64,000 bases of DNA from Polymyxa betae A26-41 (lineage: Eukaryota; Protista; Endomyxa: Phytomyxea), in the NCBI GenBank assembly GCA_003693705.1, contig RBZT01000673.1:126876-190875 (forward strand). Reading direction: 5' to 3'. Positions 13,395-26,786 of the stretch are shown one piece after another. A model generated the notes under the pieces. The model saw nothing but the letters and a program-made list of their open reading frames with translations. It made no database searches and was not told the origin of the DNA. Every line of letters begins with the position of its first letter. Position 1 is the first letter of the stretch. A program made the translations under genes and the position numbers.

Positions 13395-14711
13395 CGACGA
13401 TCAAGGTACGCGATGTTAATGGGATAAATCTTTGGAACAGATTTCTTCTCTGACAAATGATGCCTTTGGAGGCGTTGCGGGATGCTGCTGATGGGATTGT
13501 GTGAATTTAACTCAAAAGATCGCTGATGCTGTAAGTATCGATAAAGATCTGCTGAACACAATTACTGAAGAACTGAGAAAACGAGGTCTGAGAATACTGC
13601 AGGAAACCATCGAAGAATTGTTACTGATCAGAAACAGATTCCATTTTAGAAACAATTTCACTCATAAGGAAGCCATAGCAGGAGATCCCAAATATGGAGA
13701 TATTCGCCCCATGTAGATATGATTCGACAAGCTGATAATTTGATAAGAAAAGAACAGAACTGACAGAAATTTTTGAAAACCAGCAGTATAGAGTATGTTT
13801 TGCAGGTTAAATGAAGACAGCCCGAACCCGACCTAGTCGTTGAGCATTATCTGATCCTAAACCATGAAATCAGATCATGAATATTCATGACCAGAACCCT
13901 ACTTGCAAAGCGGACGTCGTAAAGCCAGGACAGATGATGAAAATATGCTGATATATCATTGAGTGATATAACACCAACAGACCTGAATAACAGAGCTGGT
14001 TATGATACTCTCACATATCAGCACTGTCAGCAACAGCTATGTAGAATTTATTATTGCAGGGCGCTCCAAGGACATGGTCGTTCCCAATATCGTCTGATTC
14101 AGGGACTGTAGAACTGGCGTCTATTCCGTTCAAGCAGGCAATGAAACGAGACTGAGCAACACGTCAATCAGCAGCTCGACGCAGGTCTACAGGGCCAGGA
14201 GAGCACGACGTTAATCGGAGCTCTTCAAGAGTACATCTCACCAGTCTTACAATCAGATCGAGCTTGTTTCGAAGCGCATTGGAGACTTCGAATCGGTTAC
14301 GATATTGAGCGAGCGTGCCCCAACCGATTCCTGTCCATCTTCTCGTGTATATCGACCATAAAATTCGGCCTGAGCGGACGCCGGTTCATCTATCAATGTT
14401 CAATGCCTCGCTGGATTAGTCTACAAATCAACCAGGTCCTATCTAAAAAGACATGGAGTGATCCCGGGGCGAATGCAACCAATTCCTGGTCACGATCTCG
14501 CGTCTACATTGCAGAATCGCATCTCTCATCACCCATCATTGTGTATTATAAAAAAGGAGTTCAATCCTATCACATAACAACGTTTTCATTTCGAGAGTAA
14601 ATTTGATCTGAAAAAGTGGAATTGATGTGACGGGAGGTGTGGATGATGAGCTGGTTGATTTATTTATATTAGGGGATCTCCCTATATGTTCTATTGAATT
14701 AATGGACGCCC

Positions 14712-15827
14712 TCAGGCACTAATACGCTCCTGTTTCAGAGGAGCGATCCCCGTCTCCTGAATCAGAGCCAGCAGAGCGTCATGATCGTCGACATTCGGTG
14801 GCGTCTCCGGCGGCGTCATATCATCTATCGCCAATGACGTCTGACTGATTGTCGTGATCGAGGACGTCGTCGATGATACCTGATGTATATGGGCCTGATC
14901 TATAGCTCAGCGAACGCCATCTCATCAACCATCAATCGTACCATATGACGAATTAATCTGCCTGGCGTTGTGAATGATTTCATACATATTCGGCAGTCCA
15001 TTGGCCCAAGCTGTTTCTCAGCAGGAATATACGCTGTACCATGTATACTCGTCATATGGCGGTTCAGACGACCTGCCGTTGTAAACGTCTTCATGCAGAT
15101 GGCGCATTGGAGCGGTACACGATCATGAACCAGACCATGGATCTTGAGCTTGCTCCGACAGATGAACGACTTCCCGCATGTCTCACATTGAAACGGACGT
15201 GAACCTGAATGTACTCGTTCATGGGTCGTCAGCTAATACATTGGTCAGCTCCATTAACAAACATCGAGTCCATTAGATGCCATACGGTGTGTTTCTGCCA
15301 TAACACAAGTCAGCGAATGGGGGCCAGTACAACCCGGGTTTTGTTAGAACAGATCCCACCTGGGTGAATGCTTTGCCACAGATCTGACATTGGAATGGTC
15401 GATGACCGGTATGCGTCAGCAGATGCGATTTCAGATTGCCTTTCGTGGACGATGATTTCCCTGCGACGATTGATGGTTGGCGATATGTTGGATGACGACC
15501 TTTAGATTGCTTACCGCAGATAGGACACATATGACGTGTATCAGGGCTGTGGATACGCTCATGGACTCGAACTGATCCTTTCTGGCTGAACTGCTTGCCG
15601 CAGATCGAGCAGCGGTATTCGGTCGGGTTCTCGTGACGCGCCTGATGATTCAGGAAGTTGGCTTTGTGTGTGAATTGACGCGAACAGATCGAGCATGAAT
15701 ACGGTTTCGTGCCGAGCTGTGATGAATGATCGACGGCGGGTGACTCGGGACCCTGAATCGATGCGAAATGTGCTAATGTCATCATGCCTGAGGCGATGTC
15801 GTCCTCGACCACATCAATTCCGTTCAT
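14712..15827 (-). CDS. C2H2 zinc-finger transcription factor (multi-exon, about 8 fingers)
   Basis: Repeated CxxC-x12-HxxxH units with HTGHRPFQC and HSGSRPFQC linkers; last exon read as AHIHQVSS...QERISA*. Confidence 0.88.
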
Positions 15828-16130
15828 GAAATCGACAATTTACGAAAAGGAATTGTTCAAACTCACGATCTCGACATGGACAATGGAAATGGCCCGGCTG
15901 AATCCAACTAAATCGAGATTCTTTTTTGCGATCCAATTTGGTACGAGAACATGGCCTGAATAAGGAATTTAAATTCTAGAATCCCCAAGACCGGGTTTAT
16001 CTCGACAATATCTTCAGTTTCCGATCTGGAACCCTCTCGATCGTATCTAACTATGACATTTTGGGACACCCTCAAACAATAACGTACAATGTTTTATACA
16101 GAGAACTTGGGTGAATGCGACCTTTTCCGT

Positions 16131-17965
16131 TTAATTTTCATAGGCAGAACAGCTCCTTTGCAGAGCATCCTCGGATGAAAATACTGGCGTGTTCGACAGA
16201 TCATCTTCATCGTTTAAGGTCAAGCATCCAATGATGAATTCGCGATAATCAATCATAGAGCTGCCGTTAGCATCAAATGATAAAAATACCCGATTTGCAA
16301 ATTCTGCATCCTAAACAACCATCAAAACAGATTACAAAACGAGCTGGTCCCCTAAACGCACAATTGTGGGATTGAGCTTCACCACAAACTTGTCGAATTC
16401 TTCTCGATCGATGAGCCGATCACCTCTACATGTACATTAGACCCCTATGCAATTTATAGCGTAACCTAGCTAATACTTGAAATCGATTCGGTCAAAATCT
16501 TCAACGAGCCGTTTGATCTGTTCAAGCTTCACCTTGAATCGTTCTTTGAGCTCATAAATTGAAACACCAATCTCAACGCCTTCGCCCTACATGAAAATTT
16601 TAGATTCATAACTCAGAGCTCGTTGTCAAAGAACGAACACGTCGCAGTAGCCAATTATCGACAATCGAATCTTCGGCTCCGTATGGAACAATTGGAACAT
16701 TTAATGCCTGGGCCATCGTCTGGCAATACCTTCCATTCAGAAACTGGCAGCTAACCACAACCTAACCCGTCCATACCTTTCGAACATTTTCGGCATAGCG
16801 TTCTGGATTGGCCAGCTCACCTTTGGATGGTCGGCGTACCGGAAGGAAGATTATCTCAGCGCGTTGGAATGGCTGTCAGACACAAATTTCTGTATGATAT
16901 CACAATAACGGCAGTAACAGTCATACCTGACAAAGCATCTCTGTTATGGCGATCCAAAGAGGAGGGCTGTGATTTGTCCAGCAAGGATCTGAATGTTGCC
17001 ACGGGAACCTATAAAACGACGACGATGCATCAGATGGTCCAGTACGCCCATTGCCGCCCTCCGTACTTGATGAGAACCGGTTGAACCGGGTATCCAGTGG
17101 AGAAGGCGCCTTTCTTGAACCGCAGCAGCGTTCTGCTGTTGGATGTGGTGCCCTCCGGAAAGATCATGATCGGAGGGAATCCGCCGTGATGAGCTCGTTT
17201 TCTGTAAAAAAACGTCACAAACCATGAATCGCACGTCTTATCAAAAAATGTCGGAATCAGGAATTCGAATGAGCTCAAACTGACCCGATCTCGCTAAGGA
17301 CGTCTGCTCTGCCTTCAACGCTCATGCGATCCACGAAAATGAACTGCAAAGCTTTACAAATGCGACCGACAATCGGCACATCTTCGGTAGACTTTAGTCA
17401 GAATCAGCCAAAGAGATAATCGAACAGGTTGCTGAGTCAGAAACCTTTTTAGCCACAGCAATGGAAGGAAATTGAGACAATAGCAGAAATGCATCCAGAA
17501 TGGTAATATGATTCGCCACGACAATTCGAGCTGATTTATCGAGTTCTCCTCGGGTCTTGATCTTCCAAATACCGAAACATAACAACACAATCCGACTGAA
17601 GAATGAGCAACTTATATCCAGGACTCTAACCCAAATCATATAACATAAGCTTGGAGAAGAATTAGCATCCGGTAGAAGACCTACGTTCGTCTCCATCCAG
17701 TCATTGGTTCAATAACTCCATCTTTATCGTAAACGGGCTTCCGACCAATCGTGATCAGCTCCAGAATAAGCCATTGCAGTATAAAGCACACAATTACGAT
17801 GACGAACCGAACGATGGGAATAAGCAAAAGAGAGGCGATCAGCACCTTGAAGCAAATACAATCTCAGTATAACAAAATTGATAGGGACAGATCTCAATCA
17901 ACCTTAACAAATTCCCTTCTCGAATTCAGAAACGTCTCCCCGCTATATGTGAACGGTCGTGGCAT
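16131..17965 (-). CDS. Lysophosphatidylcholine acyltransferase (LPCAT1/2-like) with C-terminal EF-hands
   Basis: IVVANHITILD (HxxxxD), IFPEGTTSN, FKKGAF and PVQPV motifs; EF-hand DANGSSMIDYREF; many short introns. Confidence 0.9.
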
Positions 17966-18539
17966 GCAATAATCATAGGCGTCCGAGTCCCCTATTGGCC
18001 ATTAAAATCAGATCTGGACGCGATTGGTCGGCCAAGGTTCTGGCTGCCCGTACCGACCAAAGCCGATGACCTTCGCCTTAGACGCTGATTAATGTCTGTC
18101 ATTTACAGACTGACAGACACAGTTTTGATACGTAGTAACACTGGCATGCACTGACTTCTGTTTTCTGACGATTTTTTTCACTGACAAAGTCGAGTTTTTC
18201 GATCAAATTGCGTACTGTCCAATCTAAGTCAGAGTGCGAACTTGATCGTAATCATCCACGTTAATCTAAAACGTGCTCCAGCTGCGTTTGACTGCTTCTA
18301 AATAATACGTTCGTATTAGAGTCGACGCCGTCCGATGACCGAAAATGGAAGATCAGATGTGAATATACCCAGAATAGAATGTCTGCTTCAATCGCTAACC
18401 TAATAGCATGACTACTAGAAGCTGCTGCCAGAATATTGACTTCATAACGATCTCTATCTTTAGTATTGGTTTGATCCTTCTTCTCGTCGTCGTGGCCAGG
18501 GTAATGCTATCTTATGCATTCTTCAGACGCTGCTAAGGT

Positions 18540-18810
18540 GTGTGGAATGTGGATGATCCCAGCGATCAGGTTCATTCGACAAGCTGGTGATGTCATCATT
18601 GACTGCCCGGGCCCTCAACTTATCAAAAATTTCTGAAACGGAGCAAGAATGGCTACAGATTGCAGAAAACTTTAATAAGATTGCATTTTTTCCCTGGGCG
18701 CTGCTTTGCAGTAGATGGGAGTCTTATTGCTGTCGAAAGACCATCTAAGTACGAAGGGTGGTACTGTCGTAAGGGGTATTCCTGCAATCAATGCCCTCGT
18801 CATGTCTGGA
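18540..18810 (+). mobile_element. Degenerate PIF/Harbinger (DDE_Tnp_4) transposase relic
   Basis: Frameshifted translation EWLQIAENFNKIAFF(P)G / CFAVDGSLIAVERPSKYEGWYCRKGY / PAINALVM matches the Harbinger 'FPG..GAIDG.H/LI....P.....Y..RKG...N' core. Confidence 0.75.
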
Positions 18811-20078
18811 GTACTCCTTCGTCTTCCATCTGATTAAGGAAAATAATAGGAAACCGGAAAAAGAATATAAACACAGAATCAGTTGGTATGTAGCTTTTTA
18901 GAATATGATATACCAGATTAGAAATAGTCTTATTGACAGACATGAAGCATTTAACAATGAATAATATTAATAAATATTAATACCACTAAATTATTACGTT
19001 CTTGTCTGCATGTTAATACCGGTAGCGGAACTTGCGAGACATCGCAAGACTTGCAAATTATGCAATCCGCAACGCAAATGATGTTTTCGACGGAAATGTG
19101 TAGGGCTGCGCCTGAAATACAGGTAAGGATTTGCGCGCGAAGATTCAAAGAAGGAAGGTATTATCAGGTAGCACCATAAATGACACAAATAAAATGAGAC
19201 AGCAATTGTGGCTGCGGCGACGGAAACGGTTGCTTTTGCTTCTCCGACCAAGTTTCTGAATAAGGGAAAAACTACCTGTGGAGTGATTTCTGATTATTAC
19301 AAAAAATTACAGAAATGGCAATCAATGACCGAAATTCTTTGAGATTCTTGATAAGGGATGAACGCGTTCGACTTTACGACAATGTAATGTTCTTAATGCG
19401 CGGATACTCGAAGTTCAACTGCGCCTTCTGCCAGGCAGGCTGTGAGTCATCGACCAATCCTATTCGCATCATAGAGTTCAAGTTAACAGTAATCGTTGTC
19501 TATTGAAAAATCTGGATTATTGCATCTACTCCTTATTATAAGAAGTCATTTTCTTATGACAGGCTTAACAACTCTTGGGTTGCGTTGTCTTTTTGTTTTC
19601 AAACCACTTACCGTCAATCTTTCTGTTGAGATGAGAATCGAGCAGACAGACATTTGTACATTCCGATGATAAACCCTGGACTCCATTAACTTCAAACGAA
19701 GTGAACGAATTTGTATCCCAATGATGCAATATTTGTTTTTCAGATTGCATACGATGAGGAAACTTAAATCGGGTTCATGGACGTTCAGGCAGCTCATGAA
19801 GCGCACTAAAAGCGAATTACACAAGACATGGTGTTCGTAATGGCTGAGATAACACGTGTTTGATCACAATCGGTTTTATGGTTAAAATAGCTCAAACAGA
19901 GGAGCCCAATCAATGTTCAATGCAGTTACGAGATTGATCAGAAATATATTCAGATACGGATGTTGACTCATTCGAAAAGATTTCATCCCCTTTGGAATGT
20001 CATCAAAGTGAGTCAATGGATTGCCCGCCCTCGGTTCATCCTCATTCCCTATTTTGAATTCAAGAAGAAAAGACAATA

Positions 20079-20585
20079 ATGTCGATCGAACTATTCCTTA
20101 CTATCACAATTCTTTCATTAGCACATGCTGATTTTGCTGAACAACCAGACAGTGCCATCATAGTGAGCGGTACCTCATTAATACCAGGCGATAGCCGCTT
20201 CAGCAAGTCCCAACAATACAAGCTAACGTTTGATGGAGATATTCATTTGATGCAATGGAGTGTTGATGCATATTATCCTGAAGGCTGGTATGGGACCTAC
20301 GTCTGGAGTATCTGCAGTAATCAGACCGGAGCGACATTCAGCATGAGATACGATGGCAATCTGGTCTTAGAAGATGCTTATGGAACCCTGTTATGGTCTC
20401 ATGATCAGAACAAAGATGGATCAACATCAACTCCGTATTATGCTATGGTTGGCGATGGAGGGAATCTGGTTGAGTTCACTTACAGTGGAATCATGATCTG
20501 GAACAGCTCGAACCCCGATACACAAAATAGTGGTACGAGCCTCGCCAAGTTGAAATATGGGGATTGCTTATCTGTCAATTGGTAA
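20079..20585 (+). CDS. Secreted bulb-type (B-) lectin-like protein
   Basis: Signal peptide (..SLAHA-D); beta-prism II-like repeats MRYDGNLVLED..GTLLWS and VGDGGNLVEF..IMIWNS; paralog at 48612-49163. Confidence 0.7.
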   Translation: MSIELFLTITILSLAHADFAEQPDSAIIVSGTSLIPGDSRFSKSQQYKLTFDGDIHLMQWSVDAYYPEGWYGTYVWSICSNQTGATFSMRYDGNLVLEDAYGTLLWSHDQNKDGSTSTPYYAMVGDGGNLVEFTYSGIMIWNSSNPDTQNSGTSLAKLKYGDCLSVNW

Positions 20586-20723
20586 AGCCAGTATTCTACA
20601 AAATAAAATCTATTGAAGAATTAATATCGCAATGTTAGGGGCCTAAACGTTGCATGAGAAAGCTCTCTATATGACAGCGATGTTCGAGTTTATTCCCATT
20701 TAAAGCTAAGCGAGCATAGTCGT

Positions 20724-23697
20724 TTATTTGCTCTTCATTTTTAGAATGGCATACATTGCAATACGGTAAGCAATGATCTGTCCCAAAAGCACTAAGGCCC
20801 AATGAAACAGGTTGACGTCATCGTATCCGAAATCTTTCAACACGTCGAGTCCTGTGAATTTACATTGGCTGTTGAGATCGCTCTTATAATAACCTGACCA
20901 TAACTCAGCACAGCAATGGAAAACGATTGTCTACTAATTTACAGAAGCAATTGGGTCCCGAGCCACATGAGAATACAAGACCGTCAAAATCACTTTTAAC
21001 CAAAGCTTCAAAGGCATAGGTTTGGTATGACCACTGAAACGTCATCAATAATAAATAACAATCTGAATACTTGATACAGTACTTACATAATGGGCCCAGT
21101 ATCGCCAGAATGTTGGTAAAGAAGATAATCGAACAAAGTAGCCTTGCACACACACTGAATTAAACATATTAAAGATCTAAGGCAATATACAACAGAGCAG
21201 GATCTTACTGAAAAAGCCATTCAAGAAAGCTGCCAATGCCAGAGCGATTACAAATATGGGAATCATGGAAGCTCTAAATCAAAGTTAGGGAACGTTTAGA
21301 GAAAATTAATTTATAGTACAAGCAAACCACAATTGACTCCATTGTATACAGAGCAAGAAACAGGAACAGAATGTAATTGAGCACATTGTCAACCGTATTT
21401 TGAAACATGATGAGAGGGTATCTGTAGATGTTTCAGCAAATGTTAAGGAATTTCGAATTCAATCTGACACAATGGCTGTGAACAGCAATGTGATAAGCAA
21501 AACAAATGGAGCCGATACTAATGTGTTTGACACAACGAACGATCCAACATTGTAGGCACCATTTAGCACTTCTCGATCGAAAACCTGTTTCTCTTCAAGG
21601 ATCCCAGGAATACTGGCAACTGACTGAAAAGTTTCGTCAAAGGCGAATTTCTGTACATCTAATCGCATTGCGAACCATGAAGCAAAGAAATGCAACAGCG
21701 AAGAAATGAGCTGAGAATCGATCTTGAACCTGAATGGAGTCATTGGATCTGACAAAGACAATGATGATTAGATAACATACTTCGGTTTGCAAAAGGCCAA
21801 CATCATAGAAAGTCGTACCCATCAATATCGCCATCCCGATAAACACTTTGTACAGTTAAAATTTTCACCAAATTCATTCACAAAAAACGGTTTTTACTTG
21901 CGGCGCGAATCCAATAAAGAAGCAGGTTGCGACCTCGTTTCCATTCAATGTTAATGGAATCCGATTAACAAACAACAAAGAAACTCTCACCTGCGTTCTT
22001 ATATGCCCTCTCAGTTAAAATCATGATCTGACGAAAGGAGCTAAAATTGGCATCAGAGCGATCTGGTTCCAATTTGTAACAGGTTTTTTTTACAAATAAA
22101 CATGAAAGAAAAGCAGAACCGTCCAAAATCCTATCAAGTTACTGACGAATATTTACCTTGCACCATACGATTCTGAAGCCACAACTTTGCCGGGTTTGGA
22201 TTCAATCTCTTTTAGGCTAGCTGCTAGCTTGGATCCCGTTTCCGAATTCTTGAATGTATCCGCATGTTTACAGATAACGGCTTTGCTTTCTGCGGGTGAT
22301 AATGAGAAATCTGTGTTCAGAACAGATAAATAATGATCAGGTGGATTATAATGACTTGGGCAGGGCTATACAACCACATATTAGAGCATACCAAACAGAT
22401 TTACAAAACCGCAGCTCAAATTGCAATTTGATAAACTGGAATTTAATCGAACCTTCTTCAACTCTGATTCAAAGTAATCAAGGGCCTGATCGCGTGACCC
22501 ATGAAAGATTGTTCGGCTTTGAGAGAGCAGTCTAAATTGCAATCTTCTAAATGATAACAAGACGGGGAAATTTGTGTGCATTACGCGATCTTATCGAATA
22601 AAGCAAAAACATCGGAGCTGGGTTGATGAATGGTGGCGACGATCGTCTTATTATATTTCTTTGCTAATTGTGATAGGAACAATACAACCTGCTTGGCAGA
22701 TTCACTGTCAAGACCTGATGTAGGCTGCAAAATGATAATATCAGTATGATTGAGGCTGGAACAGTATTATGACGAACTTCATCAAGAAATATAACTTGTG
22801 GATCAGTAACAAGTTCAACACCTTTTACAAATAATTACAAAACGAAGAGAAATGAAGCCATTTCCTTACAGATGGATACACGACGCCGTTCACCTCCGCT
22901 AATTCCTCGAAATAGGAAGTTCCCTTCGACATGGTTCTTTCAACAACGATTGTCATGCTGGCCAGTTCATACCGATCTTGGTATCCGCGCAACGTTGCAG
23001 GCCCATCATTGCAATCATCTTGTTAACTTTTTCATCGATGGCAGATTGGGACAAGACGGAAGATAACCTGAAGTTGTGACATTGGAGTGTGTTATGTCTG
23101 TGTATACTGTATGAGACTTACTGAAATCTAGCAGCATATGCGATTGTCTCACGAACAGTTAATACAGCTGAACATAGTTTAATGAGGTAATATTCAAATA
23201 TTGAAATAGAATTACGTATCAATGCGTCTTCTTGTTGGACATATGATGCAATATGCTTGAAAGATTTTGTATGAGGTGACCCACTGTCAATATGTTAGTA
23301 AACATTCAATCATTGTTTTGTCATTCTACTTTATTAACACTTTGCCGAACGTTGGTTTGATACGACCACGAATCGTGTCCAGTAGTGTACTGACAAAAGG
23401 TTCAGAATTTTGTTAAATAATGAGGGAATTCTGTTGGACCTCTTGCCAGCTCCTGAACCACCCATTATAGCTAATAATTCACCTGGAAGTGCCTATTTCC
23501 AGATTATTTGGCAGTCCTCAAGAAGACAGCTGAAATTATACATGACCGAAAGCGCCATCGAGAATGACTTTTTCTGGTTTTCCTTTCTGAGACACTTTAC
23601 ACTCAAGATCATGCCATGAGATTGTTATTGGATTGTCATTGGAAGTATTTCGATCAATGACCTCCACAATCAACCCTTCATTAACATCTTGTATCAT
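20724..23697 (-). CDS. ABCG (White-type) half ABC transporter, many introns
   Basis: ISWHDL, ELLAIMGGSGAG (Walker A), GISGGERRRVSI, FLDEPTSGLDS and ATIHQPSSDVF, followed by a TM domain (FDREVLNGAY, WSYQTYAFEALV). Confidence 0.92.
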
Positions 23698-24218
23698 TGT
23701 ACTTCTTGAGCAAATTAGCAGCCAATAATACTTCTAGACATTACAAACCAGTCCAACACACATGACAGCTTGTTACAGTTACATGCAGGGTATGACCAGC
23801 TTGTAAATAGAGGAGAAGAATCAAATGAACATCTCAGTATGATTCTTGGGTCAAATGTTTGGTATTATATCTATTACCACTATAAACATATGAAAAACTC
23901 TATCAATAATACGGTTACTACCCGTACAAGGTACTGCAAATAATGAAGATTTGTCATATACAGGTCAATGTAAGGCCTACTGTTTCTTGTTTAATTCTGC
24001 TACAGTATGAACAGTTGATTAGATGCCATCACCTAGCCTGTTTGCAACAAAACCATCTCTGTCCTTCCAGATGCCAGCTAAATTCCAGTTCAGGAGTGCA
24101 AACCTTCATTCCAATCATCAGTCAAATGAGACTGCTGGACAATTGTGAAAATGTCACGTAAAAATCCAACATCATTAACAGGTTTAAATAAGCGGATATG
24201 GAATATTGGGTTTATTGA

Positions 24219-25599
24219 TTATAGAACAGGACCAAGATATAATGTATCTAGCAGAGGACGAAGAGCATGCTCCTTGACATCCCTAAACCCAACTAACATC
24301 AGGTAATATTGATATTAGTAATCAGTGAACTTACTTATTAGGAACAGTAACAGTTCCCATTCGTGTCAGAGTCTTTGGATCCACTTCCACATTATCAATT
24401 GTTAATAAACCATGATTTAGCAACATCAACCGAATCATGGTTTCATCTGGCGTTTCTTTCTGCCTACTGGCCCAGGTCGAGGCTAAAGAACGTGATTGCA
24501 ACGGTATTGTGCCTCGAAACACATTATCGAGATTGCAATCGGCTAATGCGTCTGAAAGCCAGATTAAGGGTCCAATTGCAGTTGACCAATGTGGACCAAA
24601 TTGTTGAGTTGCCATCAAAACATTGATTGCATATGGATTATGGAGACGATTGCCTTCACGCTGAGCGTCAGCACCCCAGCTATACCCACCATACCATTCA
24701 GATAACTTATTGTCAAGATCATCCACAGAGATCTTCAAGCGATGATGTAAGCCCATCAATGCATCATGAAAGTTCGAGTGAATCTCATCTGCTGTATATC
24801 CGCATAATCGTGAACCAATATCCTCATCAAATGTTAAGTCACTGATATGTCCAGGGATGATTAATGATGACATTGATGTGACTCCAGTATACATTTGGAA
24901 TCGAAGTTGGGATTCGAGATGTTCGATGGCCGAAGTGAAATCTCGTAATGTTCTCTGGTTGGTAGCTCGGATCTGTTGCTGCTGATCCAGAGGTAAATGA
25001 TGTAGGACGTCTGTAATCGGGGCATCAATTTCGTCGATGAGAACCACGACTTTTCCAGATCGTGATTTACGAGCCATGCCTGAGATTAGATCGCGCGTGG
25101 CGCTTTTCACAGAGCTTTGTGAGATCTGGCCGACATCGTGTTCTTCTGCCATTCTCGTCAATGTGTCGAGAAGAGTGTTGCGAAAGCCTTTTCGACGAGC
25201 AACGGTTTCCATGTTCAGATGAAAAACGGCATGAGTTTCAGCCCGCCAATCCCAACGACTATCGGCAATGGACAAACGTTGAAATCCTAAAGATCCATCG
25301 AAAAGGTGCCTCTCGCCACGAAATAACGATGCCAAGGTCGATATTGTGATACTTTTACCGAATTTTGGTGGACGACATAGCAAGAATTTCTGATCACTAG
25401 AAATCATACGTTCCATAGCTAGTGTCTTGTCAACATAAGCAAAACCGTGCTCGATTAACATATGAAACGTCGATGTCGATGCTGTGATACGTTTTCGTTC
25501 AGCAATTGGCGGCGGCTCTATTCGGATTATAGCATCGGTCGTTGATGATTGAACAAATCGGCGCCTGGAAGAAGCCAAAGTTACAGAAGCTCTGAACAT
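24219..25599 (-). CDS. AAA-ATPase-like (PF09820-type) domain protein with putative mitochondrial presequence
   Basis: YVDKT, RPPKFGKS, VVVLIDEIDAP, TGVT, CGYT..EI, WYGGYSW and HNPYA motifs; a GT-AG intron after PNK gives PNKDVKEH...PVL*; Arg/Ser-rich N-terminus MFRASVTLASSRRRF. Confidence 0.85.
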
Positions 25600-26786
25600 C
25601 AGATGAAGAGTTCGCTTTCAGGTAAGCGATTGATATAAAAACAACCCTTAAAGGTTGAGTGGAAAGTCAGGTCGGAATTCTGCATTCACCGGTAATCATG
25701 TTCATCGGAGAGTAATAATACACAGTGTAATGTTACACATCTGGTATAGGACAATTGTGTAAACATATTGCAGAACACAGACTGAATACGACTCCAAATT
25801 GGAAGTTGATCTCGTTACTGGGCGGGTTTTTTCGAAGCTTAAAAGTGTCAATTACAGAATTTGGTTTTGCCCACGACTCTGGCCTGGGTTTTTCATTGAC
25901 TATCTATGCATGCTGCATCAATCGTTAGCCTCACATGTATAGATTGAGATCCAAGAGTTTTATCATTATTCGTGTCGGAATTGTATTGCTACAGCGGAAG
26001 GTTCCAACAAAGATGACAACATTTCTCGTATTCGGAAACTGTTTTTGAAAGATTCAGAAAGATGTATAGACTGAAACAGCTATAGAGAAGGCGACCATAA
26101 GTACTCGATTGAATGATTACAATCAACGAAATTGAATGGTAGTGGGTGACAGTTGCATGGACTCTTAAAGTTGCAAAGTAGATAAAGAGGGAAAATACGA
26201 TCGTTTGAGATAAAACGAATTCCGGCTACAAATAGTTATTGCTTGACAGTAAGTGATTCGGTGACAATGGATTGCCAAAGAGTATCGCGTATGCGTTAAT
26301 ATCATGATGTGTCCACTGACTTTATCGACAGATCAAAGTTTGCAATAGTGCAACTCCGCATATACAATTCAGAATTCGCACCTTTTTTGAGTATTTTGTG
26401 TATTATTTTCATTTATTTTGTGACTGGCGTATGTCAGATTTTCGAGTCAAAAAAAGAATGCGTAGACCCTTTGACAATTAGGGATCGGCCACGTTCGGGA
26501 TCGCCCAGACAAGTCGCGATTTAACTTCTAGGTCATCTGAGGTTATACTGATTACGATTAAGCCACATCTGACAGCATCATCGTCAACCCAGTTACAGGC
26601 CCTGAACGAGCATGATATGCCGAGAGTGGTAGAGGGTTCTGCTCAACCAGGGCCTGCAAGCCTCGGCCAGGCCTCGATCCTAAAAGCGCCGACCACACCG
26701 CGCGCTCATTCCAAACATGTCCGTTTTGATGTCGGTTTATGGCATGACCGTTGCGCTCCCGATTGCTGAATCATGCTCAGGTTCCA

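Noticed and set aside
14403-14600. ORF with WSDPGANATN resembling a DUF5011/HYR-like repeat, possibly a decayed gene in the 13.4-14.7 kb gap
   Set aside because: The match is too short, with no supporting exon structure
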